From an uncultured Acidobacteriota bacterium (GTDB lineage Bacteria > Acidobacteriota > Terriglobia > Terriglobales > Acidobacteriaceae), in assembly GCA_963838255.1 (NCBI GenBank), contig CAWIQL010000003.1:197468-261467 (forward strand): a DNA stretch of 64,000 nt, read 5' to 3'. Made by a program: the position numbers and the translations under genes. Position 1 is the first letter of the stretch; each line of letters starts with the position of its first letter. The notes under the pieces are model-generated. The model searched no databases, was not told the origin of the DNA, and saw nothing but the letters and a program-made list of their open reading frames with translations. Positions 63,869 to 64,000 of the stretch are shown in pieces.

Positions 63869-64000
63869 ACCTTCCCCGCGCCGGTTTTTCGCCCGCTCAT
63901 TCCCCCTCGCTTCCATCCTGAGCCTCGTCCTGATCGTTTTTCTCGCGCTGATTTTTGCCCGACAGTCCACCATCTTCGCCGCCTCGAATCCCCCATCCCA
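63855..64000 (+). CDS. partial ORF, possible membrane protein (runs off the window)
   Basis: GTG at 63855 overlaps the preceding stop. Hand translation gives ..PRRFFARSFPLASILSLVLIVFLALIFARQSTIFAAS, with one hydrophobic helix. Confidence 0.25.
   Translation, partial: MISPEPSPRRFFARSFPLASILSLVLIVFLALIFARQSTIFAASNPPS

Overview
This 64 kb window of high-GC chromosome looks like Acidobacteriota (Terriglobia). That assignment is inferred from an ADOP-type duplicated permease, acidobacterial-style pilin sequence and very dense REP/MITE-like intergenic repeats. All product calls come from motifs I recognise in the supplied translations; no searches were run.

The right-centre of the window is a canonical core block. 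It runs tRNA-Thr/Tyr/Thr/Gly, tuf, rpmG, tRNA-Trp, secE, nusG, rplK, rplA, rplJ, rplL, rpoB, rpoC. The rest is housekeeping and envelope genes:
- lpxC, gltX, glnS and pyk
- a split DsbD-like redox module (CcdA, TlpA-like, DsbD-N)
- a GAF-GGDEF-HD-GYP sensor
- M48, M28 and rhomboid proteases
- a PadR pair

The left 11 kb is the accessory-looking part. It holds a COG4941/ECF42-type sigma factor, a small toxin-antitoxin island with an uncharacterised two-gene cassette, and three divergent DGPF/YCII paralogs. Each paralog sits behind the same TGTCGA-N16-TCGAC motif and they are interleaved with MITE-like elements.

The observations most worth a second look are:
- a roughly 60-residue, eight-cysteine insertion in the N-terminal part of RpoB
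- a 73-nt tRNA-like gene with alanine-type acceptor identity (G3:U70, A73) but a GUC anticodon and a defective anticodon stem
- a REP hairpin inserted in frame inside an alpha/beta-hydrolase gene
- a pilin-like domain fused to the C-terminus of a 768-aa protein
- a fossil YCII N-terminus fused in frame to a Tat-signal esterase
- several repeat families whose stems show compensatory changes

I saw no rRNA genes, CRISPR arrays, transposases or integrases. I cannot point to one clear-cut novel multi-gene system. The candidates below are leads, not demonstrations.
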